Source: Octopus sinensis
Taxonomy: Eukaryota
Length of the DNA stretch: 64,000 nucleotides
NCBI RefSeq assembly: GCF_006345805.1
Contig: NC_043005.1
Coordinates: forward strand, 2,356,001 to 2,420,000
Direction of reading: 5' to 3'
This document shows, one piece after another, positions 26,391-39,059 of this stretch. The number at the start of each line of letters is the position of its first letter. Within the stretch, counting starts at the first letter, position 1. Both the position numbers and the translations under genes were made by a program. The notes under the pieces are model-generated. The model worked only from the letters and a program-made list of their open reading frames with translations. It was not told the origin of the DNA and ran no database searches.

Positions 26391-27065
26391 TCGGAACTTT
26401 CCAGAAAGGAATTCCTCCGCTTCCTCCACCTCCTCGGAACTTTCCAAGAAGCAATCTTTTACCCTCTTCGGAACTTTCCAGAAAGTAGTTTCACCCCCTC
26501 CTCTGAACTTTCCAGGAAGTATTTCCACACCTTCTTCCCCCTCCTCGGAACTTTCCATTAAGTAATTCCTCCCCTTCATCGGAAATTTTATTAACTATTT
26601 CCTTCCCTTCCGCCCCTTCTCAGAGCTTTCCAGAAAATAATTCCGCCGTTCATCGGAACTTTCCATGCAGTAATTCCGCCCCTCATTGGAACTTTCCATG
26701 AACTATTTCCTCCCCTTCCTCCCATCGGAACTTTCCAAGAAGTAATTCCTCTCCTTCTTGGAACTTTCCATGAAGTAATTCCACCCCTCCTTGGAACTTT
26801 CCAGGAAGTAAGTCCTCCCCTTTCTTCTTTCCTCGGAACTTTCCAGGTATTAATTACTCCCCATTCGCGGAACTATCCATGAAGTAATTCCTCTCCTTCT
26901 TGGAACTTTCCATGAAGTAATTCCACCTCTCCTTGGAACTTTCCAGGAAGTAAGTCCTCCCCTTTCTTCTTTCCTCGGAACTTTCCAGGTATTAATTACT
27001 CCCCATTCGCGGAACTATCCATGAAGTAATTCCTCCCCTTCCTCGGAATTTTCCATGGACTATAT
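26391..27065 (+). repeat. About 33-bp tandem array built on GGAACTTTCC, with a 142-bp higher-order duplication
   Basis: About a dozen perfect GGAACTTTCC, often 33 bp apart; the block at 26740-26881 is repeated from 26882. Confidence 0.9.
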
Positions 27066-27865
27066 CCTCCCCCTCTGTTCACCATATATGTGCTTCATAT
27101 GCTGACTAAAGTAAGGCCTCAATGTTTATTTGTTTATCTGTTTACATAACCTTTCGTGAAAGCTACTGGACGGGGTTCGGAAGGGTGGGTTAAAAAGGTC
27201 AAAACTTATTTCCTTCATCGATGTCTTCCTCGTGGTTTTCTTCATCCCACAACGTACTAGCTCCCTTTATAACCACAGTGTTCCTGCCACCACGGGGTGG
27301 GGGTTGTACGTGGTCGCTCAGTTAGCTAGAAATATCTCCAATAAGTCTCACTTTTTGTGAAGGACGCATAAAATAAGTGTAATCGAGATACACTATAACT
27401 GAATAAAAGGAGGCATGGTCTCGGCTGGACCGTTTTTGAATCATTCACCTTCAGCATCAGGTTTGACTTGGAGCTAAACAACAAGGAAATGTAATTAGTC
27501 CGAGATACGCTGTGTAAAATAGATGGAATGGTCACGACTGGAACACCTTTGATAATGTATTTTTTTCCATCGGAAGAGTCATTCTTAAGGATGACTGATG
27601 ACTTGTGCGATGGAGAAACGTTGTGGACCATCGAGCTCATTCTCTCATCCGTGGCCATCTTTAATCCAGTGGCAAGAGCGAGTGAAAACGATTAGGGATG
27701 AAGGCGGATGCCATGGATGACCCCAAGATCTGTTACCTGCCACATATTGCATTCTGCACTCCACAATGTCTTGGCGCAGCCATCTTACCCTCAACCACGA
27801 AGGTTTCTTCCGTTGAGTCCGTTAGATCCAGTTTTCACATGCAGAGGTAGGCATGTCCTACTATG

Positions 27866-30800
27866 TTAACCCCTTGACAACGGTTGACGCAAATATGCGA
27901 TCACACGTTTGTGATCGCATATTTAACAAACGACTACGCTGCTACTCGTCCTCAAAGTGAATCCGAGCATATCCCCGACAGGTTCCCGGCGAAGGCGATG
28001 AAATCAAAGTGTTTCTTGCGCTGCTTATTCTCATGGGCATCGTAAGAAAACCCACCCTCGGTTCGTATTGGAGTAGGAACCCTCAAACAGTGACACCGTT
28101 TTTCGCCGACACTATGCCGAGTGATCGTTTTTTCGCGCTACTGAAAAACCTACACTTTAACTCGGGCGTCAACACCGGTGATAGGCTGCACAAACTTCAG
28201 CCAATTGTTGACGCAGTCGCAGACAAATTCAAAACTGTCTATATACCTACGCAAGATATTTCCACAGACGAAAATCTCTGGAAATTTAAGAGGTGGTTGC
28301 GATTCAGAGAGTACAACCCTACAAAATGTGCGCAGTTTGGAGTGAAAGTATATAAAGTTTGTCAGTCATCCGGTGTCGCATCTGGCTATACTTGGAACTA
28401 TAAAATATATATTGGCGAGGACAGGGTCGCGGACGTTCTAGCATCAGCTAATGTCGTCATATCATTGAATAATGAACTGTTAGAGAGAGGGTATAACATT
28501 TATATGGATGACTGGTTTTCCAGTCCTGACTTGTTTCAGCAGTTGCAGGCCAGAACAAATGCCTGTGGGTTGGTCCTCGCTTTCAGGAGGAACATGCCCC
28601 TCGATCTTCGAAAACCGAAACTTGAGAAAGGAGAATTTGCATACCGTTCGACGGACAGTGGTCCCCTAGCGTTGGTCTGACGAAACAGAAAGTACGTGCC
28701 CATGCTGAGTACGATGCACTCTGCTGCAATGTCTGAAACTGGCAAACGGAACCGTGCAGGGGACCCCATCATAAAACCCGATGTTGTACAGGACTACAAC
28801 AGAGCAATGAGTGGAGTGGATAGATCCGATCAGATGGCCACCACACACAAATCTGCGCGAAGATTCGGAAAATGGTACAAAAAGATATTTTTGTACTTGT
28901 GGATATGGCACTCGTGAACAGAGATCTGATTTGACGAATGCTGGGTGGCGAAGCAACTGGACTCGCATTTCGCGAGGCTTTGATAAATGAAATTATCGAA
29001 GTTTCCGAGCTGCTCAACTATCGAACGCGTGGACGTCCTCACGCACGACCGACTCCAAACCGGCTTCTGAACCGACAAGGACATTTTCCGCGCTTTATAC
29101 CACCAACGGAAAAAAAGCAGAGTCCGGCAAGGAAATGTGTTGTATGCACCTCACACCACCGTAGGCGCGAAACCAGATGTCGTTATCCGGACTGTGATGT
29201 GTCCCTTTGCATAATACCGTGTTTTGAGTTGTACCACAGGCAAGCTATTTTTTGAACTTGAGCAGAATAACTCTTGCATATCATATTATGATAAATAGCT
29301 TCACATAGTTCATTTTCATAAACCAGTAGACGTAAATGTACGACGCTATGTCATTGTAACGGTGAACGTAAATATACACAATAGGCGCGTTATTCAATGC
29401 CTCAATGTCAACAAGAGTCACGGCCCTGACGGCATACACCCACAGGTTATAAAGGCGTTGGCTCCGGTCATCTGCGAGCCTTTAACACTTCTATTCAATA
29501 TGTCATTGGCGACAGGTGTTATAGCTGCGGACTGGAGAACAGCGATAATTTGCCCAATTTTCAAGAAAGGGAGCCGTGAAGACCCGCTTAACTACCGACC
29601 GGTTTCCCTTACTTCAATAATCAGCAAGATGTTCGAAACCATCCTTAAGAAAAGTATGTTGCTCCACCTCCAAAACACAGCCTCTATCTCTGATTCCCAA
29701 CACGGCTTCGTGCCGAAGAGATCATGCTTGACCAACTTACTGGTAATGGAAGAATTGGTGACGCGTATCCTCGATGATGGTGATGCTGTTGACATCGTTT
29801 TATTGGACTTTGCCAAAGCTTTTGACTCGGTTAACCACCGCCTATTACTTGTCAAGCTTCAAGCATATCGTTTCCATCCGGATATTGTACGATGAGTTGG
29901 TGCCTTCCTCTCAGATCGGTCCTTCCAAGTCCAAGTTAATGGTTCGCTGTCCGACGTCTCCAGTGCGAGCAGTGGCGTGCCTCAAGGTTCAGTGCTTGGG
30001 CCCTTATTGTTCTTAGTCTTCATAAATGACTTGCCCGACGACCTCACACAATACACCCTTCTATTTGCCGATGATGTCAAACTGGTCGCTCCTCGCGGTG
30101 ATATAGATGATCTTCAACGTGTCAAAGTGCTGTCATCTGCCTGTTGGCTCTTCTCCTGCAACTCAACTTGATTTCGAGCCGGGTCGTCTGCTGCTGGAGA
30201 GGACCGATCAGGTAAAGGACCTGGGTATCTTGGTGGATTCTTCCTTCTTGCCTTCAGCCCATGCGTCCATGCTGCCAACAAAGCATGCTGAGTTCTGTTT
30301 TTGATTCGACAGTCATTCGGAATGCTCACAGCAGCCATATTCCTACCGCTCTATGTCACGCTGGTGAGACCCATATTGGAGTATGGGATTCAAGCCTCTT
30401 CTCCTTATCTCCTCAAAGACATACATCATCTCGAAAGAGTCCAGAAGCTGGCTACCCGCATGGTTCTTGGTCTCAAGCATTTGTCTTACGAAGAAAGGCT
30501 GAGGACGCTCGACCTTTATTCTCTAGAAAAACGACGGCGCCGTGGTGATCTCATTCTCGCCCACAACATCATAAGCGGAAAGTGTAACCTCTCGAAAGAG
30601 TTGTTCTTCACTCCTGCTCCAGAGCGTCGGCTTCGGGGTCACTCCGAAAAGCTCTATCTGCGACGATTTCATCTCAATCGAAGGAGAGGGGCTTTCTCCC
30701 TCCGGGTTGCGGATCCGTGGAATAAGCTGCCGGACGAGATAGTGAGGATGCCGACGACCGCTTGGTTCAAAGTCTCCCTTGACCACAAATGGCCTGAACT

Positions 30801-30996
30801 CTTTGCATGAACACCACCCTGTACATAACTCCATGTCCCCCTACATGACCTTGCTTTTTGCTTTTTAAGCCAAAAAATTAACTTAACTTAACTTAACGAG
30901 CTCATTGGCACTTGTGTGTTTGTGTGGCTTCAGTAGATAAAAATAACCGGAGCAGTGTCTCGCATGCTTCGGGTAATGCCGGCGTCAAGGCGTCAA
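27866..30996 (+). mobile_element. Defective piggyBac transposon interrupted by a CR1 insertion
   Basis: TTAA at 27866-27869 followed by CCCCTTGACAACGG. Transposase remnants carry the three catalytic-Asp motifs (STDENL, YMDDWFSS, MSGVDRSDQM) and a C-terminal Cys domain (CVVC..CDVSLCIIPCFELYH, to 29255). A degenerate right end CCGGCGTCAAGGCGTCAA at 30979-30996 matches the expected inverted repeat plus TTAA at 14/18. Confidence 0.85.
29385..30897 (+). mobile_element. CR1-clade LINE, 5'-truncated, with (TTAAC)4 tail
   Basis: HGPDGIHP, NYRPVSLTSI, QHGFVPKRSCLTNLL, DFAKAFDSVNH, GVPQGSVLGPLLFLVFIND, LFADDVKL, LERVQK..RRRRGDLI; tail at 30878-30897. Confidence 0.93.
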
Positions 30997-31337
30997 TAAT
31001 TCTGGAAATTCACTCAGTAGCACTCCAAGAAATTTTGGCTCACAAGGATACTCAGGAGCGATAGCAAAAATACTGGCTATCTATCAAACAGTCACTAGAT
31101 CAAACAATGCAACATTAACCAGTTAAAATAAATCCAGTTGTATTTAAAAACAAACGCTGCCCATTTAACTCGGCGGAGAATATAAAATAATTTAGAGATG
31201 TATTCAAATTATGCTATATATGTTTCTGTGGCATGGTTATTTAATCGCTCCTTGATGTATTACATCATATGATTATGTAACCAATCTATTTTGTCGGCCA
31301 CTTGGAACAGTTGGCAGATAAAATTTTTGCGTGTCTG

Positions 31338-31380
<43 letters not shown>

Positions 31381-31504
31381 TGTGTGTTGTGTGTGTGTGT
31401 GTGTGCTAGTGTGTGTGTTGTTTAATGAATGCAGTATATATTTATCTCTCACCAGCTGGAGTTCATTTTTGTTGATTTTACCTTCACGGAACAGTATACT
31501 ATAT

Positions 31505-32440
31505 ATATATCCTATATATAGTGCGCAGAGCCACCCTGACACCATCTGATGACATCACTAGGCACTCTACGGGTGTGACAGCCAACGTCTTCAAGGAAAG
31601 GTCTTCCCAGTACTCATTCAAATCCAGGGACAGAGAGACTTTCACTTCCTTGTCGCGCTTTCTCTGGAGACTCCATGACCTCCGAGATGAAACACTCAGC
31701 ATCAAGTGGACTATTGTCAACAGGTCTTACTATATTCACCCGCGCCCCTAATTGCCAGTTCTGCCTCCGTGCAAAACTGCATATCATCTACCAACCCGCA
31801 GTGTCCATTAATAAGACATTCGATCTATCTTATTGCTGTCACCAGAGGAACAGCCTTCTCATAAATTTCAAGCCACTGGACGCCAACAACTCGGATATGC
31901 CTCCTTAGTATCAGCTGGCCCTTCCCCTGCATCGCCTGTCACCAACTAACGCCCATGAGTAACACCGCACATCACCAACGCTTCTGCATGTCTCTCTAGC
32001 CGCATACCCTCACCACTTGTGTGTATGTTTATGTGTGTGTGTGGGTGCGTGCGTGTGGTGATGTGTGAATGTACACCTATGCACATATACACACACTCCC
32101 ATAAATGCAGACACGCACTGACAGATATGTAAGCTCGTACATACGCGCATATATGCGTATATACTTGCACATCTACTGTCCCTTCCTACTTCCACGACCC
32201 CAACTACGTAACCGATTTCCTGTCTACCACGCAGTCAATCTCCTCCTCTTCACCATGCGGTTTTTTCCAAGTAATTGTTGTCGCTGAATTTCCTATATCA
32301 CACTGTGACACCACGTGACTTTTCTCGACCAATTGCGGGCTGACGTCCAGTAATAAACATTTCCCTTTCTTCATCAAATTCCTGTGACTCAGATTAGCAT
32401 CACGCCTCAAACTCAGTGCACCAAGGAGTTTGAATCAAAC
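31505..32440 (+). mobile_element. Penelope-like GIY-YIG C-terminal remnant and downstream region
   Basis: TGVTANVFKER..SLSRFLWRL..SIKWTIVNR..CQFCLRAKLHI..CCHQRNSLL resembles PLE endonuclease ends; an inverted copy lies at 37545-38640. Confidence 0.65.
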
Positions 32441-32449
32441 TGTTTTAAT

Positions 32450-32494
<45 letters not shown>

Positions 32495-32689
32495 ATATAT
32501 ATTGAAATAAAACTTACTTGGAAGAAGACGCGTGGCGTTCAATCATATAATAACAATTTAATAAATAAAACATATGCATACATACATACATATATGCACA
32601 TACCTTATCTATATGTACATATATATATATATACATACACATATATATAAAGTTAATCCAAACAAGAAAACACAAAAAGACACAGCAAC

Positions 32690-32870
32690 GCGAGGACGTG
32701 GAACAAATAAAGTATTATTGGACGCTCAGGAAAGAAGGAAAGAAGGAGGGTCTTACGGTTCGAGCGGAGCTCTTCGTCGGAAACATAGGAGAAGGAAAGA
32801 TCCCGAGAAGGGAAGACAGAGGGAAAAAAATCGCTGGCGGTACTCACGAGGTCACATATTGAAAGCATAC
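32690..32870 (-). mobile_element. Related small element with a degenerate hammerhead motif at 32750-32784
   Basis: Minus strand: GUUU-CCGACGA-A-GAGC(UCC)GCUC-GAACCGUA-AGAC. Flanking sequence (GTATTA..GCGCTCAGGA) is shared with the 37.3-kb element. Confidence 0.55.
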
Positions 32871-33169
32871 ATACATACATACATATATAGATATATACAT
32901 ACATATATATATATATACATACATATATATATAATATAATATAATATAATATATATGTGTGCGTGTATACATCATAAACCATACATACTCATATATGTGT
33001 ATGTGTGCGTGTAAGTATGTATGTATGTATGTATGTATGCATGTGTGTATGTATGTATGTATATTTGTATAGTGCGATTTATATTCAAATCAGATGACAA
33101 CCAGTATTATATGTCTTGCAAACAACTTGCACATGCAAGTGCTACCAGTCAAAAGCTCCGTATACCGGA

Positions 33170-35030
33170 AGCCAGCAAATGTATGGGGTCATCAGGAGAG
33201 AATGCGCGCCGTTTCGAGGCCTACCTCTCGACGGCATCAATGCGCACCGGCCCTCCTCACTGATATGAGGCCCCGCTTGCTAGATCAGCTGGTTATGAAG
33301 TTAAGCTCAATATCCTTCCAGCCATCGCTCATCGTCTCTTTTTAACCAAATCCAGTGGCTAGCCTTCTCCACTGTAGATTGGATATCAGTCATGGTGGTA
33401 TTCACTTTACGATGAGTTAGGCCTAGCGAAAGCAACAGTCGTCTCACATTGTGTCCAACGAACCCTCTACATCCAATTTCTTTATTAGCCACATGGGCCC
33501 AAACATAGAGGGGGACAATACAGCCTGGTTGGGGTCAAACACACAATGATTATATGACTTTTAAAATTTTACAAAATATAATGAAATCGAATGAGATACA
33601 ACAAGGACGAAATACAGACATGCGATGAAGCAGAGAGATGGGTTACGCTCCGACCCCACGAGCCCCATTCTCCTACTGAAACTTTTGTATGCAGACTTAT
33701 GACATGTTCACGAGGAATCTTTCATTCCCAGCACCCTCGCAACATGCAACTATCTTCGATTGGAAAATGTTCCGCTTTCCAGCCTGCGTCTTCACATTCC
33801 TCGAGGAGGTTTACATAACGGTTCAATTTTCGAGCCCAAGCGGCGTCCATATTGTCTTCATGCTCGACTATATTTACAACTTTCTTTCTTTCACACCACA
33901 TCAAAATATCTGGGGTTTTTTTGTAACTGGGATGGGAAAGAAAACCTGGCACCCAGGTAAATCTGCAGTTACCTCCCAATAGCCGTTCCATTTTTCATTT
34001 CTCTCAGGAAGTTTCTTGATCTTCTTCTTGAAACGGATCCGCTGACCTGGTCGCACGAAGGTAACGAAATCTCTAGATGGTACTTTTAACGGTTTTTCCT
34101 CAGTGTTGTTGAGATGAATTTGATTCTTTATAGCATTGAAGATAACCTTAAGGACCAAGTTGTGCCTCCATGTGTACCTGTTCAATGCTAAAGAACAGTT
34201 GGAAAGAATATGTTTCAGTGTACCGACCTTTCCACATTTGCAGATGTCATTCTCTGAGACGTTCCATCTTACTAGGTTCGTAGGTGATGGTAAAATATCA
34301 TAAGATGAACGAATCAGGAAACTCAGCCGAGATGTCGTCCACTTCCACATCTCATTCTAACTTATCTTCCTCTCAACAACATGTTCTTCCCATCTCGTCA
34401 TCTGACCTTGATGAAAACATCGGATCAAATGAAGCTCTCTTCTCTCTGCTTCTCTTGTTTTGACGCTGTTGCTAACAACAAATCTGCGTTCATTCCGCAT
34501 CATGCTTGCAAACGGTCTGAACTGATCTGCGCCAAAACCAAGTCCTTTCCGATGGTTCTGCGTTGCTCCCACCATATCTCTGTGTATAAGAGAAGACAAG
34601 ATGTCGTCAGTTTCTGCTTCTGCTTTTCACTTCCTGGCTGTTTTCACCTCTGGTGGGTTACGCCTGATTTCCATATCCTTCGATTCTCTCAGCATCATGA
34701 CTGTCCGTATCTTCTCCAACTTATATATTTCGACTATTGATGCTATTGGTAACTGCAACGAACCTCTTTTACGATAAAGAGATGAGCTGTTCAACATACG
34801 AGGTAGGCCTAGCCACTTTCTAATGAACACATTACATTTTTGTTCAATGATTTCAACTTGTGACAATGCTACTTCGTATATTAAAAGTGGCAACGCAAGT
34901 CGCGGGTACAAGCCGAACTGCAAGCACCAAATTTTATATTTACCTGGTAACTTCGAATTATCAATCGCTGATAACCCATGTGTATTCCTGTTTATTCAAA
35001 GGAAACTGTCAGAAGGCTTTGGATTCTAGT
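33170..35030 (-). mobile_element. HERO-clade (R2 superfamily) non-LTR element, 5'-truncated
   Basis: YPRLALPLLIYEV, RKWLGLPR, SFLIRSSYDILPSPTNLVRW..CKCGKVGTLKHILSNC..YTWRHN.VL, PDILMW, FPIE-IGCRGFVG..EKASHWIWLKR. Confidence 0.85.
33477..33754 (-). mobile_element. About 280-bp retroposon 3' end inserted into the HERO ORF
   Basis: It splits FPIE|IGCRG and ends in TTGTCCCCCTCTATGTTTGGGCCCATGTGGCTAATAAAGAAA, the same tail as SINE family A. Confidence 0.75.
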
Positions 35031-36174
35031 TAGATGCTGAGGCTGAACAAAGCTCCCGTGTTTTGTTTTACTTTATATATACGTGTGTGCATACATGTAG
35101 TTATGCGCACACATATACGTATTAACTGGCAATTAAACTTTTCTTCTTCTCAGTAAACATTTCTTTTTATAATAAATAATGCATGTCTCACTTGAAACTC
35201 GCTTCACAAAGGTGTCGTTCAACCGATTCGTCGTCAAATATTTTATATCTAATGTCTGCATTATAGGTAATTTTATGTTTCAATTCGACTGGTTAATTTT
35301 GATTTTCTGTGATATATTCAAAGGTATGTATATTTATTTTCAAATGCTTAACCTGTGTCTGTTCATTTGTTTTGTTTTTATGTGGCCAAGTATTTTTTTT
35401 ATTTCAAAGCTCTTATTCTTCAAATATGACATTAGTTTTAGTTAAGTATTTACTTGACTTACAAATATATTTGGATTTTCAACCAGTAATTGGAAACCTT
35501 CCTTCAGTTGATTTTTCTTTTTATATTGTTAAACATTTTCGTTCGTTCTTTAGAATTGAAGTATTATTTATTCAGTTCCAGAATATTTTGCTTTTATAAT
35601 GTTTAGATTTTTTTGTATAATTTCTTATAATTTGTATTTTCCTGCGATTGTCTGCTGTTTAAGTGAGTTCGGTGGTTGGCGCTTTTATATTCTCATTGAC
35701 ATACCATTCTGAATTCAATGCTTTGTTCTTTGTTTTGTTTCCTGTTTGGTTTGTTTATTGCTGACTTTCAAATCATTCAGATATCTTAAGTTCTTTGAGA
35801 TTTCTTGCTTAATATTTTCCAATTCGCGGCCGGCTACACTGTTTCCAATACAATCTCGTTTTCTCTATGTTTATTACTTTACATATCATTTTTACTGGCA
35901 GTAATTTTATATATCTCCATATTCTAAAGCTGTGATTTATGATGCATTGCATCTACGGTAAAACATTCCAACCATTTTCTAGAATTTTAGGTTTTGTGAT
36001 TTTGTCATGAAAAACGTTTTTCAATTCGATTCTTCAATGCCACAACCTTTTATCATTTCTCTTATGTTCATAGTGCACAATAAGACTCCATTAGAATCTT
36101 CAGTAAAGGAGATCCAGGCCCTAAATTACTTTTGTTAAGATAATCTATTAAAACGGAACAGCTATTTTAGCCGC

Positions 36175-36218
<44 letters not shown>

Positions 36219-36483
36219 ACACACAAGTCTTTTTTTTCTTTATTTCTTGAAATATTACCGCAGCATTGCGACCTTGTCACCTAGTGTGATCTAATCAGCT
36301 TTGCCACCTGGACACTGTTGATACTTGATCCTACTGCGATCCTTTGTAATTCAGTGACTGGTAGGTTCACAAAAGGTCCCAGTTTAATTTTTCTGTTGTT
36401 AAATTTATCGGCAGTTAACGAATCTCTTTGCAGCAGCTAAACTAACCATCAACATCATTTTCTAATTCTAAAGGTGATCCCAA

Positions 36484-36640
36484 GGCGGTGAACTGGCAGA
36501 ATCGTCACCGCTCCGGACAAAATGATTTGTAGTATTTCTTCCGACTTAACATTCTGAGTTCAAATACTACCGAGGTTGACTTTGCTTTTTATCCTTTCGA
36601 GGACGATTAAATAAGTACCAGTTTGGCACTGGAGTCGGGC
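36484..36640 (+). mobile_element. SINE family A (partial)
   Basis: GGCGGTGAACTGGCAGAATCG head, GAGTTCAAAT B box and TAAGTACCAGTT core. Confidence 0.8.
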
Positions 36641-37224
36641 CCTGTGCCAAAAGTTGAAACCAATATTCGCTGAGACATCTCCAAGAATTCGTGTTCATTG
36701 TTGCTTTGTTAGATCTGTGAGGCAGGAATTTTTTAACGCCATGTTGTGAAGCCAGTAATTCCGTTTATTTATTCATAAATATTAAAAAACATCGTCACCA
36801 TCACCACCATCAGCTTTCTAATTAAAGTTTAAAATTTTCCACTTTAGCAATCCAAATTACAACGGCAAATGCTACATCTCTTTTGTTTACAATAAAAGTA
36901 GACTCGAAGGTGGAGTTTATAACGAAGGTAAGGAAGGAGCATGGTTTGTGTTTAACAGAACTGACAAGTTCACATGTTAACCTCTCGTCTAATCAGACCT
37001 GATAAAAAAACCATATACCCGATGCTAATGAGTGTGTATGCGTATATATATATATATATATATATGTAATACAGTGTACATTTAAACACATGAGGATTAC
37101 TGGCAGTAATTTTATATATGTACACTGTAATTTATGACTAATAGTCTTTGGACTAAATTTTTACACGTTACGCCATTGGAAATAAAAATTTTAATTAATT
37201 TCCATTTCCCTTTGATATGATTAA

Positions 37225-37260
<36 letters not shown>

Positions 37261-37262
<2 letters not shown>

Positions 37263-37460
37263 CGGGAAGGTTTACGAAAATAAACAAAAGACGAAGGCAG
37301 CTGGAGTACAAACAAACAATTGTATTAGTATGGCGCTCAGGATAGAAATAAAACAAGTCTTTTACGTTTCGAGCCTACGCTCTTCAACAGAAAGATACAC
37401 AGAAAAAACAAGGAGAGAAACAAGGAGAGAAAAAAATGCGTGTAGGAGCTAACGATCCAA
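37261..37460 (-). mobile_element. Small (TA)n-flanked element with a minimal hammerhead-like motif (A6U variant) at 37358-37395
   Basis: Minus strand: UCUUU-CUGUUGA-A-GAGC(GUAG)GCUC-GAAACGUA-AAAGA. The palindromic ACGU stem III is typical of dimeric Penelope hammerheads. Confidence 0.65.
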
Positions 37461-37464
37461 CATA

Positions 37465-37502
<38 letters not shown>

Positions 37503-37544
37503 ATATATATATATATATATATATGAGTGAGAGGACAAACGAAA

Positions 37545-38640
37545 GAAGGGCACTCAACCAATTTCTTGGGAGTCACATGAATAGATCAAAACAGTTTCAT
37601 TGAAATTCGTTGGTATTCTTGAGTTTCAAGAGTGATGCGAGTCGTCGTTGGGTGTTATTACAATAAGGTGGACAGCGATTGGTCGAGGAAGGTCACGCGA
37701 TGTCGTGGTTTGATGTTGATGTATGGGGTAACAGTTTGTTGGAAAATACTGCATGGCGAACAAGAAATTGGCCACGTGGAGGACAGGAAATGGACAAGAA
37801 GTCGGTCAGGTTGTTGGGGAGAAAGTAGGAAATATATTGTTCTATGTGTGTGTGTGTGTGTGTGTGCAGATGCGCTCATATAATTTTGCGTGCATGTGTA
37901 TATTGATGCGAGTGTGCGCATCTGTGCATGGGCACGCACGCGCACGTCTGCACACACACACAATAGGACGAACACGCGCGCACGCACACACGTACACACA
38001 CATATACGCATACACACACATGCGTATTCATTCATATGTACACATGTATATTCGTATGCATGTGCGCATGCATACCAGTGTGCATGCACACACGCACGCG
38101 CGGCAATGCACACTCGCTCGCGCGCGTGCGCAAGTATACACACGCAAAACAAGCGTTGGGGATTGGTAAGTCTTGGGGGTTGGTATGCGCTGGGGGTTGG
38201 TAAATGGCGTTCCCACTGATGGTGTTGGTTGGTAACGGTGACCTTGGTGCAGGTGGTGTGAAGTTGCAGCTGGTGCTAAGGTGGTATATACGGTTTGTCG
38301 GCAGTCAGAGGCCTGAAATTTGCCACAAGGGCTAATCTCTGGGGACAGCAATACGATAAACCTTATTTCTTGGTGATGGATACTGCAGGTTGTTGGAAGA
38401 TATGCAGTTTTTGGCGGAGGCAGAGCTAGCAGTTAGAGGCGCCGGGTGAATATGGTTGCACTCAGTCGACAATAGTCCTCTCGATGCTGGGTATTTCATC
38501 TCGGAGATCACGAAGTCTCCAGAGAAAACGAGACAGGGAAGTAGAGTTCTCTCTGTCCCTGGATCTGAACGAGTGCATATGCTGGAGGTATCTTCCCTTG
38601 AAGTTATTAGCTGTCATACCCGGTAGCAACAACTATGGAA
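37545..38640 (-). mobile_element. Second, inverted copy of the Penelope-like remnant at 31505-32440
   Basis: The reverse complement aligns with both the GIY-YIG-like part (AGGGACAGAGAG..TCTGGAGACT..CTCCGAGATGAAA) and the downstream part (CGTGACxTTxCTCGACCAAT). Confidence 0.65.
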
Positions 38641-38868
38641 GATGAATCGATGATGCATTAGTTTTTACATCAGTTTACATATACTGCCAAGGGCAGCTCT
38701 GTACAGAAATATAAATACAGCAATACAAATGTAGATTTATATAGAAATATAATTCCATTAAATAAAAATCTAACTGTAGCTCTATATATAAATAGAAGTG
38801 TAGTTCTCTATAGAAATAGAAATATAGCTATATATAAATAATAAACAAATAGATAAATAAATGAATAA

Positions 38869-38943
<75 letters not shown>

Positions 38944-39059
38944 CTATATCACGGTATCGACCAGACTAACAGATGTTGCTTTACATCGCTGGTCACAATA
39001 CACTCTGCTTCGTTTTAGCTTCTGAATGGCCGCTGGCTTGGCGAGAGCAGACCAACATT

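Noticed and set aside
27595-27635. CTGATGA...GAAAC hammerhead-like words on the plus strand
   Set aside because: Neither stem II nor stem I can pair.
33189-33247. HERO 3' UTR as a type II hammerhead
   Set aside because: The sequence after CUGAUGA (CCCC) cannot pair with the CCUC preceding GAAA, and there is no NUH/stem I arrangement.
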